From the IMG/VR virus record IMGVR_UViG_3300031132_000002: DNA of 64,000 nucleotides; one strand, 5' to 3'. The notes beneath the pieces were generated by a model, which did no database searches, was not told where the DNA came from, and was given only the letters and a program-made list of their open reading frames with translations. Shown in pieces: positions 29,781-38,333 of this stretch. The position numbers and the translations under genes were made by a program. Each line of letters begins with the position of its first letter. Within the stretch, counting starts at the first letter, position 1. The stretch is from a virus.

Positions 29781-30013
29781 TAGCCATTCATCTCCACAGA
29801 AAACTCACCAATATCGTTCACCAAGCCTTCAATATCCATATACCAGTAGTCACCACGAGTGGTACTGATAAGGAATTCCTCTAAAACGAAACCACGAGCT
29901 TCACGAACAAAATCTTCCATCTCACGACGAATGTTATACTGAGAAACATCATCATTGAAGGAAAACAGGTTCTGATCACCACGTTCACCACGTACATAGA
30001 TTGCTGTTGACAT
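29780..30013 (-). CDS. hypothetical protein
   Basis: ORF coupled by TAATG overlaps. Confidence 0.6.
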   Translation of the reverse strand: MSTAIYVRGERGDQNLFSFNDDVSQYNIRREMEDFVREARGFVLEEFLISTTRGDYWYMDIEGLVNDIGEFSVEMNG

Positions 30014-30246
30014 TATTCATCTCCTTCTTCTAGAACTACTGCTTCAAGTCTTTCGTGACCGCACCATTGAACCAATAAATTTCTTTCTAGGTCAATGGAC
30101 GCCAGTTTGTATTCAAATACACTATCACTAAAGGCATCTACCATCTTGACATCATACGGCACTTCTATGACCATCATTTTATTCTGGAAGAAGTCAGTGT
30201 CTTTGATGCGATATATTGTACCTGGTTTCAAATCTTTAATCAACAT
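30013..30246 (-). CDS. hypothetical protein
   Basis: Start MLIKDL after AAGGAG. Confidence 0.6.
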   Translation of the reverse strand: MLIKDLKPGTIYRIKDTDFFQNKMMVIEVPYDVKMVDAFSDSVFEYKLASIDLERNLLVQWCGHERLEAVVLEEGDE

Positions 30247-30256
30247 ATTTTTCTCC

Positions 30257-30661
30257 TTAGAGTTGAATAGTGCTTCTGATACGATCACGTTGTTTTGCTA
30301 AAGTGTCTTCGCTAACCTCGTGGATTGACTTACCTCCGTGTCGGTTTTCAACCACCAGCACCGTTGTAGTGTAGTCTTTCTCGTTTGCCAGGTCAATATA
30401 CTTTTGCATATCTTTTTGCTTAGCAGACGTATCGGACAGAATGATATTAGGTGTTCCCGCCTCCATCAAGTGATAGAGGTGGATAGCTGTTTGACGATGT
30501 GCCTCAGATACACCCTCTTTAGTCCAGATGTATTGGCCCTCAGTGTTATACAGTAACATATCTGCTTCTAAATGCGAGGCTCCAAGAGCCTCAGCCATTG
30601 TTTTAGCAAGAGTGGATTTTCCACTACCAGATACACCACGGATGATGTAAAAATTCTTCAA
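30257..30661 (-). CDS. P-loop polynucleotide-kinase-like protein (AAA_33)
   Basis: IIRGVSGSGKSTLA, EAD, H.V...L. Confidence 0.8.
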   Translation of the reverse strand: MKNFYIIRGVSGSGKSTLAKTMAEALGASHLEADMLLYNTEGQYIWTKEGVSEAHRQTAIHLYHLMEAGTPNIILSDTSAKQKDMQKYIDLANEKDYTTTVLVVENRHGGKSIHEVSEDTLAKQRDRIRSTIQL

Positions 30662-30670
30662 CTTCCCTCC

Positions 30671-31795
30671 TTAGTTTAAGGCATTACCTGCCTTTTCAAC
30701 ATAATTTAGAATCGTCTTAGAACGTTTCTCCAGCGGAGAAGAATTAAACACCTCAGACGGTTCTTTGTTTAGCTTTCTTGCTTGGAACAGTAACCAAGAA
30801 AAAGAAAGATCCTTGACAACGATAGCGAATTTCTTCTGCTCTTCAATGTCTTTAGCTACGTGCCACATAGCATCCGCTTGGTTGATAATCCAAGACTTAG
30901 CTTGAATCACAGGATCGAAATACTTCTTATCTTCTGGGAAGTAAGCCAAATACTCATCTTCTTCGCCAACAGCCACCAGATCTACAATTCGTTTCAGTGA
31001 TGGGATACCATTACCACGTAGATGATGAACAGCCACGTATGCTGGAGATTTAACTTTGCACACAGGGATGCCATCTTGATAAACAACATAACCTTCTGCC
31101 AAGTTAGGAAGTTTCTCTGCTGTCTCCTTACAGGCTTGAGCACTATCAAACTTATACTTCTTAACGTCAAGCCAGTTCATAACCCATAAAGAGTTACCTG
31201 GCACTGTTACATATTCGCCAGTATCATTCCGACGAGCACCTAAGAAGTGGAGATCATAACCCTCATATACCGTGACAACTCGGTTTTCACGACAAGTAAG
31301 TTCCAGGAGATATGTTACTCCACGGTCAAGGTCAGCCAGTTCTGCTGACGCCTCTACTTCTTCCATATAGTTAGCGTCAGAAGCTTTTACGCACAGATCG
31401 TGAAATGTGTATTCACTATTCATACATTGACTTTCAGCGAAGGCAGTACCACGAGTGGAGAAATGCCAAGCATCATTCCAATAATACAGCTTGATCAAGC
31501 TACCATCAATCTTATCTGCAATCTCCGCTATATCCCAATCTAAATGCGCCTGTGTCTCCGGCGCTTCATTGAGGTTGAAGAATCGGTCAAATGCACGAGC
31601 AACTACATTAAACTCCCTGTCGAGGATAAGTGCTCGGCACTCCATAACCAGAGGGTGCGTTTTAGGGCTATCGATCTGATCGTAGTTCAGGACATAAAGC
31701 CCTTCTTCTGGATACTCTTTCACCTTGATACCAGTAGATAAGGTTAACAGCGTCAGTGAGTTACCAGGTGTTTTCAGGAAGTCTGTTACTTGCAT
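30671..31795 (-). CDS. RNA ligase 1 (T4 Rnl1-like)
   Basis: ECRALIL, FDRFFNLNE, KIDGSLI, LLEL, EGYVV, KVKS..Y. Confidence 0.9.
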   Translation of the reverse strand: MQVTDFLKTPGNSLTLLTLSTGIKVKEYPEEGLYVLNYDQIDSPKTHPLVMECRALILDREFNVVARAFDRFFNLNEAPETQAHLDWDIAEIADKIDGSLIKLYYWNDAWHFSTRGTAFAESQCMNSEYTFHDLCVKASDANYMEEVEASAELADLDRGVTYLLELTCRENRVVTVYEGYDLHFLGARRNDTGEYVTVPGNSLWVMNWLDVKKYKFDSAQACKETAEKLPNLAEGYVVYQDGIPVCKVKSPAYVAVHHLRGNGIPSLKRIVDLVAVGEEDEYLAYFPEDKKYFDPVIQAKSWIINQADAMWHVAKDIEEQKKFAIVVKDLSFSWLLFQARKLNKEPSEVFNSSPLEKRSKTILNYVEKAGNALN

Positions 31796-31808
31796 TTTAA
31801 TTCTCCTC

Positions 31809-32831
31809 TTACAGTTTAGCCATATACCATTTACGAGATTTGTCAGAGATATTCTTACCAACATCTTTCATCGTCAAGCTGGATGCTTCCATAACATCAC
31901 CTTCTTCTTTAAGAATATCGGTGCTCATCCACTTAACAAACTCGCCAATCTTAGTCTTATCAAGGCCAACTTCACCCAGAGCCTGATTCAGGCGATTTTC
32001 AGTAACAGCGTATTCTACAAACTCTGTGATGTTTGCCATACGTTCTGGGTCAACACTGGCTAAGGTTTTGACCTTAGAGACAGAATGCTTATCACCTTTG
32101 ACTTTAAACCATAGTCCTGAATCAAGAGCTAAAGATTCATCTGCTGGTGTCCAAACAAAACCTTCACCGATACCGGAGATACCAAAGAACTTACCAACTG
32201 GACATTCTTTTTCAGCCTCTTCGGTGATCTGTACAAGCGTGTTCTGAATCAACTCTGGTTTTTCAAAGTCAATGTTCAGTGTGACGAAACCAAACTGCAA
32301 CACGTTAAAGATACGTGCTTCATTGTCATTTACGCTACCAATGATACCAGTAGGAAGCCATTTCAGACCACCGTTAGGGCGTTCACCAACCGCTACGCGG
32401 AACACAGTGAAGAAAGGATCTAGCTCAGTTACAGCAACACCTTTCTGGATGCCACGGCCTGCCCATTCGCCAGCGATTTCAACAGGGAACTCAAATGTGA
32501 TACCTTTCTCTTCACAGATATCTTTCACTTGGCCCAGAAGTTTAGCCATATCTTTCCGATGCATAAATGCTGCAAACCCAGCGTTGTCTTTACCGATATC
32601 CACCTGCTGCGCTTTAGACTGGAAGATAAACTCATCTTCTGAGCGGAACAGTACGCTACCATTTGTACCGTGGATTTTAACCGTACCGACATAAGGGATG
32701 ACGTAAGTTTCTGGAATCTTAGTGACGTGCTCCTGAGTTTCAGGATTGTAATGATCATACTCAAGTTGAGTTTTCATTGTACGTACAACCTGACGGAATT
32801 GATTTGTGCTCGGGTATTTTACATTGCTCAT
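31809..32831 (-). CDS. RNA ligase 2-family protein
   Basis: KYPS, VKIHGTN, GEWAG.GIQKG, EGFVW, FKVK. Confidence 0.85.
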   Translation of the reverse strand: MSNVKYPSTNQFRQVVRTMKTQLEYDHYNPETQEHVTKIPETYVIPYVGTVKIHGTNGSVLFRSEDEFIFQSKAQQVDIGKDNAGFAAFMHRKDMAKLLGQVKDICEEKGITFEFPVEIAGEWAGRGIQKGVAVTELDPFFTVFRVAVGERPNGGLKWLPTGIIGSVNDNEARIFNVLQFGFVTLNIDFEKPELIQNTLVQITEEAEKECPVGKFFGISGIGEGFVWTPADESLALDSGLWFKVKGDKHSVSKVKTLASVDPERMANITEFVEYAVTENRLNQALGEVGLDKTKIGEFVKWMSTDILKEEGDVMEASSLTMKDVGKNISDKSRKWYMAKL

Positions 32832-32832
32832 A

Positions 32833-33747
32833 TTAATTTCCTCCTACTTCGTGATGATCCCAGCTAACAATGCGTTTATTAGCCATAACTTTTCCTACTT
32901 CTGCCATAGAGACAGGGCGTAGGGATTTGGTGATACCTACAGTAGCATCTACTCCAACATCCATTGCCTTGCCCATATGTTGTTCCATTGCATTGCTACC
33001 GTGACAGTGACCAAACAGGTGCCAACTGTCTTTATGCATATCATCCCAACTTAAGATTGGGAAGTGACACATAGCAATCTTCTGCCCGTTCAGTGTAGTG
33101 CAAAAATAACTGCTGTCAACAAACTTTTGCTTAGGTAGGTTTACATCATAGTATTCCCACTCTTTTTCGCTGACGTGATTACCTTTCAGATGAATAATAA
33201 AACCGTTCAACTGCTCAAGTAGTTTCAAGCCTTTCGTCATACTACCAAGAGTGAGATCTCCCAGGTCAAACACTAAATCGTTAGGCTTCACCTGTTTATT
33301 CCACTCGTCGATAATCAACTGGTGCATCGTATCAATATCCGCAATGTGTTCGCGGTTATGTCGCAAAATGTTCTTATGAAGAAAGTGAACATCAGATACG
33401 AAGTGTACATTATCTTCCGAATAATGCAAGTCTTTCATTTGGTTTTTACGCAGAGCCTGTCTTTCTACATCAACAGCTTTTGCCCAATAAACATTACCTT
33501 TGATATAACCAAACCAAGGATAAATCCTGGCTAAGATAGGGCGACGACTTGGCTTACGGCCTGTTGACACGTAAAAATCAAACAATTCGTCAAAGATATC
33601 TCCGTCAAAGGACACCATCTCTTCGAAGATCATTACTGGAACCTTTCCAGTGAAAAGAGCCTTTCGTGCTAATACACGATCCATAGGTTCTTGTAGCTCT
33701 TCTCGGTAAGCCCTGAGGTAATCTAGTTTAATACTCACATCAGACAT
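32833..33747 (-). CDS. calcineurin-like metallophosphoesterase with N-terminal extension
   Basis: SDVHFLH, LGDL, GNH, CHFP, GHCH, DVGVD. Confidence 0.88.
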   Translation of the reverse strand: MSDVSIKLDYLRAYREELQEPMDRVLARKALFTGKVPVMIFEEMVSFDGDIFDELFDFYVSTGRKPSRRPILARIYPWFGYIKGNVYWAKAVDVERQALRKNQMKDLHYSEDNVHFVSDVHFLHKNILRHNREHIADIDTMHQLIIDEWNKQVKPNDLVFDLGDLTLGSMTKGLKLLEQLNGFIIHLKGNHVSEKEWEYYDVNLPKQKFVDSSYFCTTLNGQKIAMCHFPILSWDDMHKDSWHLFGHCHGSNAMEQHMGKAMDVGVDATVGITKSLRPVSMAEVGKVMANKRIVSWDHHEVGGN

Positions 33748-33757
33748 AATCTTCTCC

Positions 33758-34114
33758 TTATAGTGGTCTTCTCACAACGTCTACATCAAAGTGAGCTTTG
33801 AATGTACGAGATGCTAACATAAACTTATGAACTGCGCTAGGGTTTGATGAATGAACAGTTACTTTTTTCAGTCCTTCAAAATAACCCATATGCAGATATT
33901 CCTCAAGAATGCAGAAGCCGTGATAGCCTTCTTTCTCTTCCCCAAGGTCATTGTCGAAACTGATATGAACAATATTATCATCAGTCATATCCCAAATCAA
34001 GCGGGTAAGAGTATCTTCGAAGTCTTGGAAGTTTTTGATCCAGACAGCACCTTGCATATCAAAGTTGTTTGGGTCACGAACATCATCTAACCACAGGGTA
34101 GTGCCTGGTGTCAT
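33758..34114 (-). CDS. cyclic-phosphate-processing receiver-like domain protein
   Basis: LWLDDVRDP, ISFDNDLG, GY, VHSSNP. Confidence 0.75.
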   Translation of the reverse strand: MTPGTTLWLDDVRDPNNFDMQGAVWIKNFQDFEDTLTRLIWDMTDDNIVHISFDNDLGEEKEGYHGFCILEEYLHMGYFEGLKKVTVHSSNPSAVHKFMLASRTFKAHFDVDVVRRPL

Positions 34115-34123
34115 ATCTTCCTC

Positions 34124-34489
34124 CTAAAGTTTAGGTAATTTTAGTACAGCACGTTCTTTTGCGCAACAAGGAACGTGAGTCATTTTTCTTCTTTTTGCTT
34201 CGGGTAACATTTCAGTCCAAACAACCATCCAGTAGATCTCGTCCTTAGTGAACGGTTCTGCCATAGGATCTTCATCCTGTTTGTTCAGCCTATCCATTGC
34301 TGCTTCAATATGTTCGATTGGAGTGTTGAACGTAAATGCCTCCGTATCAAACTTACCTTTCTTCACAGGAACAGACTTAGCCACCTTTAAAGTCTTTGGA
34401 ACTTTTGGTTTAGCCGGAGCACGTTTCTTTGGAGCAGCCCTTTTAGGGGCTGCTTTCTTAATACTGCTCTTGCGCTGCGATAATTTCAT
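34124..34489 (-). CDS. basic Lys/Ala/Pro-rich protein
   Basis: KKAAPKRAAPKKRAPAKPK repeats. Confidence 0.65.
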   Translation of the reverse strand: MKLSQRKSSIKKAAPKRAAPKKRAPAKPKVPKTLKVAKSVPVKKGKFDTEAFTFNTPIEHIEAAMDRLNKQDEDPMAEPFTKDEIYWMVVWTEMLPEAKRRKMTHVPCCAKERAVLKLPKL

Positions 34490-34727
34490 TAATGTCCACC
34501 TCTTGCATACGCTCCTGGAAATCTTCCAGAGTACGGAAGAAAGGCATATGCTCTAACGAGTTAACGTCTTCGTACACAATGATGACACCTGTCTCACGAG
34601 AAGTACCCGCACCTCGTGCGCGTCCTACTGTACGATAAAGTCCACCTTTACCGATGCAAGTATAGAACATTTCTTTTGCTTCAAACACTGTCTCATTTGG
34701 CAGTGGGATTCGACCGTCGATACTCAA
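34458..34727 (-). CDS. DUF1653-like protein
   Basis: KGGLY..VG.A...IVYE...FFR..EDF.ER. Confidence 0.55.
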   Translation of the reverse strand: MSIDGRIPLPNETVFEAKEMFYTCIGKGGLYRTVGRARGAGTSRETGVIIVYEDVNSLEHMPFFRTLEDFQERMQEVDINEIIAAQEQY

Positions 34728-34887
34728 GTAACACCTCCATATCTTTGATTACTGTTACCGCCTGGTAAGCGGCGTCTGTTTGTTTAGTATATTCAATCCA
34801 AGAAAGAAACTTGGATTTAATCTCTGCATATGATAGCGAAGACTCTACTTTATGGTCATCCAAAAAGATTGTATAGATTGGATTCAT
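34693..34887 (-). CDS. hypothetical protein
   Basis: ORF with AGGAGG SD. Confidence 0.55.
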   Translation of the reverse strand: MNPIYTIFLDDHKVESSLSYAEIKSKFLSWIEYTKQTDAAYQAVTVIKDMEVLLEYRRSNPTAK

Positions 34888-35994
34888 TTATCCTCCTTGG
34901 ATAATTTTGAGTTTATCAATGATAGCCTTTAGCTTTCTGATAGGCTTAGCTCGCATATGTCGTTTGTTCTCTGAAAGGAATCCTTCCAAGAACTCGATTG
35001 GCTTGAATGTTAACACCTCTTCGATGCCGTTGTCAACCGAAAACTGTCCTTTTAGCAGGTGGAATAAACCGTCTGGCACTTCTACAGGGATATAACCCTT
35101 AGAAATGCAGGTTTCTGCTACTAATCGACGCTTACCATCCATCCAAGAACGGTTAATTGCCCAAGCGTTATTGCCGTGCTCCTCATAGAATAACTCTACA
35201 GCCCTATCCTCCATTGACTCTTTATCAGAATCACTGGTGTAATGGTTATGATACTTGAAGTGCTCAACATCTAAATACCCCGAGGCAGACATTTCCGCGA
35301 TAAGAAGGAACTGATTTGCCTTCATTAGAAGTTCACTTGCTTCCCAACGAACCTCAAAATCCTTTGCAGTGTTGCGATCACGGTCTAGGGTGAAGGCAGC
35401 AGGACGGAAGTTATAGTCATATTTGTACTTTCCTTCCACATTACAAACAAAGATCCCGTTGATATAGAGGTCACAGCCATCTGCATCCTTCTCATATGCT
35501 TCTCCGTTGTACGATTTGTGTACTGGAGTACGGTTTTGCAGTGGTAAAAACTTATCTTCCACCTCAGAAATCACATTGTTTGGGATATTCTTGATAGAAA
35601 TTTGCACCTCTCCTAAATTATCGGTAGATACAATGCCAATGGAAAGGCATTCTTCTTCAAAAGTATCATTGTACTGGAAGGCTGGATGCCATTCTTCGTC
35701 GTAGTTTTTAACCACAACCTCTGCACCTAATCTACCAAGAACCAAGAAGGCTAATTTCATACCTTCACCAAATTTACCAATAGTGGAATCGTCGTCCTGC
35801 TTGCCGGATTTACCCATAAGCAATGCACTCACAGGTATCTTTTCACCCCGAGAGATGATCGTGATCTCTGAGTCCTCCACCAGGACTTCATAATTTGCTG
35901 TATCCACAGCGTTTTGCAGGAGTTCTCGGACACCCTCCCACCAACTCCAATGGCTTACATACGACTTTGCAATACTCAATGGGATAATCTTCAT
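34888..35994 (-). CDS. GHKL (HATPase-like) ATPase domain protein
   Basis: VRELLQNAVD, G.SGK, IGKFGEGMKLA. Confidence 0.8.
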   Translation of the reverse strand: MKIIPLSIAKSYVSHWSWWEGVRELLQNAVDTANYEVLVEDSEITIISRGEKIPVSALLMGKSGKQDDDSTIGKFGEGMKLAFLVLGRLGAEVVVKNYDEEWHPAFQYNDTFEEECLSIGIVSTDNLGEVQISIKNIPNNVISEVEDKFLPLQNRTPVHKSYNGEAYEKDADGCDLYINGIFVCNVEGKYKYDYNFRPAAFTLDRDRNTAKDFEVRWEASELLMKANQFLLIAEMSASGYLDVEHFKYHNHYTSDSDKESMEDRAVELFYEEHGNNAWAINRSWMDGKRRLVAETCISKGYIPVEVPDGLFHLLKGQFSVDNGIEEVLTFKPIEFLEGFLSENKRHMRAKPIRKLKAIIDKLKIIQGG

Positions 35995-36012
35995 ACTCTA
36001 AATACCTCCTTA

Positions 36013-36195
36013 TCAGAACTTCTTACTAAACTTCATAGACTTATCCATATAGCCACCCTGCACCATACGAGGGGCAGTGATCTGCTGTTGGCATTCTTGT
36101 TCGCATTCAGGACACGGAGCATAAGATCGTTCAGAGATCTTCTTCATCTTTTCAAATGATCCGTGTTCTTCGCAGTTATAGTTATAGATAGGCAT
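36013..36195 (-). CDS. FmdB-family zinc-ribbon protein
   Basis: MPIYNYNC..HG.FE...CPEC. Confidence 0.8.
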   Translation of the reverse strand: MPIYNYNCEEHGSFEKMKKISERSYAPCPECEQECQQQITAPRMVQGGYMDKSMKFSKKF

Positions 36196-36589
36196 ATTAA
36201 TTCTCCAACAAATATTTAAACTTTTCAGGTAGATCAAGATGGTGCCAGGCTCCAACACTCACGCCGTTTTCGCAAACGCAATGGTACACTTCACCAAACA
36301 CCAGCTTACTAACGATAGTATACACCTAGCACCTCCTGTATCACATTCTAAGGCGTCATCTCATTAAAGACGATGAATCACCAAGGTTCACTCTTCAATA
36401 GCTTAGAATCGGTTTTATCCAGCTTAGCTTTATGCTTTGCTGCACCTCCTCTCTTAGCCTTTGGAGTAAGGTCTTTATTGTGCATCTCTAGAATAGACAT
36501 AGCAAGCGATTTATTAACTTTTTTCAATTGGGTTCTCCTTCGTCAAATCAAGCCTGCACTCTACACGATAGAATAAGACAAATCAAGCA

Positions 36590-36618
36590 TTGACTTCATT
36601 AACAGAATGTGATACCCT
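36590..36618 (+). promoter_or_regulatory. sigma70-like promoter (junction P1)
   Basis: TTGACT-N17 (ending TGn)-TACCCT. Confidence 0.6.
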
Positions 36619-36621
36619 ACT

Positions 36622-36850
36622 TACGAAGTATGGGAGCGAAGCGAACATACTGAGTATTAAAAGACTTAAATATTTATTCTTTTGTTGTTGACTTTTCTTT
36701 TGATGTGTGTTACCCTACTGATCTTCTACGAACGACCGAAGGGAGTGAGTAGTAATAACTTCTTTTGTTTTTAATGTTTTAGGTTGTTTTATCTTAACGA
36801 ACGTAGTGAGTTTAGATAACAGAGATGTTGTGACGCAGGAACAACAGATC
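36622..36850. repeat. cluster of four GNA-triloop hairpins with GAA/TGA tandem-GA internal motifs (candidate origin/ssDNA element)
   Basis: TAC-GAA-GTATG-GGA-GC-GAA-GC-GAA-CATAC-TGA-GTA; CTAC-GAA-C-GA-CC-GAA-GG-GA-G-TGA-GTAG; AAC-GAA-C-GTA-G-TGA-GTT; TGTTG-TGA-C-GCA-G-GAA-CAACA. Confidence 0.7.
36688..36716 (+). promoter_or_regulatory. sigma70-like promoter (junction P2)
   Basis: TTGACT-N17 (ending TGn)-TACCCT, same design as P1. Confidence 0.6.
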
Positions 36851-36880
36851 TATATAGAAGGATTATTTTTAAAATAGTGT

Positions 36881-36910
36881 TTGACAGGTAAAGTGGTTAA
36901 GGAGTACATT
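36881..36910 (+). promoter_or_regulatory. sigma70-like promoter for the NAD operon
   Basis: AT-rich UP region, TTGACA-N18-TACATT. Confidence 0.55.
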
Positions 36911-36938
36911 ACATCCATCGAAACAAACAGGAGGGAAT

Positions 36939-37166
36939 ATGTTAGAAATTAAACAAGTAGCCAAGAAAAATAAAACCAGCATTCTGCTCTTACCGATTGG
37001 TGGTTTATTCAAGTTTGAAGACTCTGTGTTTATGAAGACGGACGAGGTGGGAACAGGTCATTCATCAGTTTGTGTTGATTTAGCTACAGGCGATATCAGC
37101 CGTATCTCGCAGAGCCACGAAGTCACTCCTATACACAACGCATCAATGGAGGTATTCTATGATTGA
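36939..37166 (+). CDS. hypothetical protein (paralog of next gene)
   Basis: M.EI...G..F..(E/D)...(F/Y).K(T/S)DE....CV.L..G shared with 37159-37383. Confidence 0.75.
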   Translation: MLEIKQVAKKNKTSILLLPIGGLFKFEDSVFMKTDEVGTGHSSVCVDLATGDISRISQSHEVTPIHNASMEVFYD

Positions 37167-37383
37167 GATTGAACACAAAAGCCCTACAGTGAAAGAGAAG
37201 TTAAATCGAATTAAGTCAGGTTCTGTTTTCCTGATGGATAACGATTTTTATATCAAGTCGGATGAGACGGACGGATATGGTGATCCGCAATGTGTTCGCC
37301 TACGAGATGGCTGTCTTGTGTCACCAGACGAAGAAATGATTGTCCAGGTAGCAAATTCTGTTAAGATGGAGGTGTCATTATGA
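37159..37383 (+). CDS. hypothetical protein (paralog of previous gene)
   Basis: Shared motif pattern; GGAGG SD. Confidence 0.75.
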   Translation: MIEIEHKSPTVKEKLNRIKSGSVFLMDNDFYIKSDETDGYGDPQCVRLRDGCLVSPDEEMIVQVANSVKMEVSL

Positions 37384-38270
37384 GAATCACAATCCGCACT
37401 ATGTTAGGATTTAATCTTCAAAGTATCGAATGCCCGATTAAGAGTTTCACTTTCTCGGCTGGTGAGCAGCACGTAGTATTACCGAAAACACTTCAAGATA
37501 TCAGTTATGGCGATGAAGTGGTGATTGAAACTGAGATTCGTAGCGCAGAAGACTTTATGTTACTGGCTATGGTGAAAGACGCTATAACCCGCTGTGCGCA
37601 CTTCCACATTCCAGTTAAGCTGATTATGCTTTACGTTCCTTACGGTCGTCAGGATCGTGCCTGTGAAGCAGGAGAGGCATTCGGGCTTAAGGCTTTTGCT
37701 TCTATGCTTAACGCCTTGAAGTTTGACGAGGTTGTGATTGCTGATCCTCACAGTGATGTTACTCCGGCTCTGATTGAACGACTGACAGTTATCCCCCAGG
37801 AAGAGATTGTTAAGCAGATGCTTGGCGTTTACATTCCTAAAGAAGATTTCGCTATCGTTTCTCCTGATGCCGGAGCGTTGAAGAAAATCTTCAAGGTTGC
37901 TAAGGAATTAGGTGGTGTTGATGTGTATTGCGCAGAGAAGATTCGTGATACATCTACTGGTGCAATCAAACATACAGATATCTCTGTCAAAGATTTTAAA
38001 GGTCAGAATCTGATTATGGTGGATGATATCTGTGATGGCGGCTACACCTTCATTAAGCTGGCAGAACTGCTTCGAAGCCGCAACGCAGGACGTATCGATT
38101 TATACGTCACACACGGTATCTTCTCTAAAGGCTTACGTCCTCTAGAAGGAACTATTGATCGGGTTCACTCTCTCAACGTCTGGAAAGACAACATTGAAGC
38201 TGATCAGGATATCTTAGTGTTGAACCAAGGTATCAGTCGCAAAGTTTTACTGTCAAAATACTACAACTAA
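37380..38270 (+). CDS. ribose-phosphate pyrophosphokinase-like protein (probable ADPR-PP synthetase, Adps)
   Basis: FSAGEQHV, YVPYGRQDR, DPHS, SPDAGA, VDDICDGGYTF, VTHGIFS; adjacent to NAMPT-like gene. Confidence 0.9.
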   Translation: MRITIRTMLGFNLQSIECPIKSFTFSAGEQHVVLPKTLQDISYGDEVVIETEIRSAEDFMLLAMVKDAITRCAHFHIPVKLIMLYVPYGRQDRACEAGEAFGLKAFASMLNALKFDEVVIADPHSDVTPALIERLTVIPQEEIVKQMLGVYIPKEDFAIVSPDAGALKKIFKVAKELGGVDVYCAEKIRDTSTGAIKHTDISVKDFKGQNLIMVDDICDGGYTFIKLAELLRSRNAGRIDLYVTHGIFSKGLRPLEGTIDRVHSLNVWKDNIEADQDILVLNQGISRKVLLSKYYN

Positions 38271-38333
38271 GTATTGACAATAAGAAGGGAGGGTGTAGAC
38301 TCTCCCATATCAAAAACAAAGAGGAGAACAATT

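Noticed and set aside
36373-36576. + strand 67-aa ORF at the junction
   Set aside because: No SD or protein-like signature; probably antisense to a small - strand gene
36622-36850. CRISPR array
   Set aside because: Hairpins share design but not sequence; no regular repeat-spacer period; no cas genes
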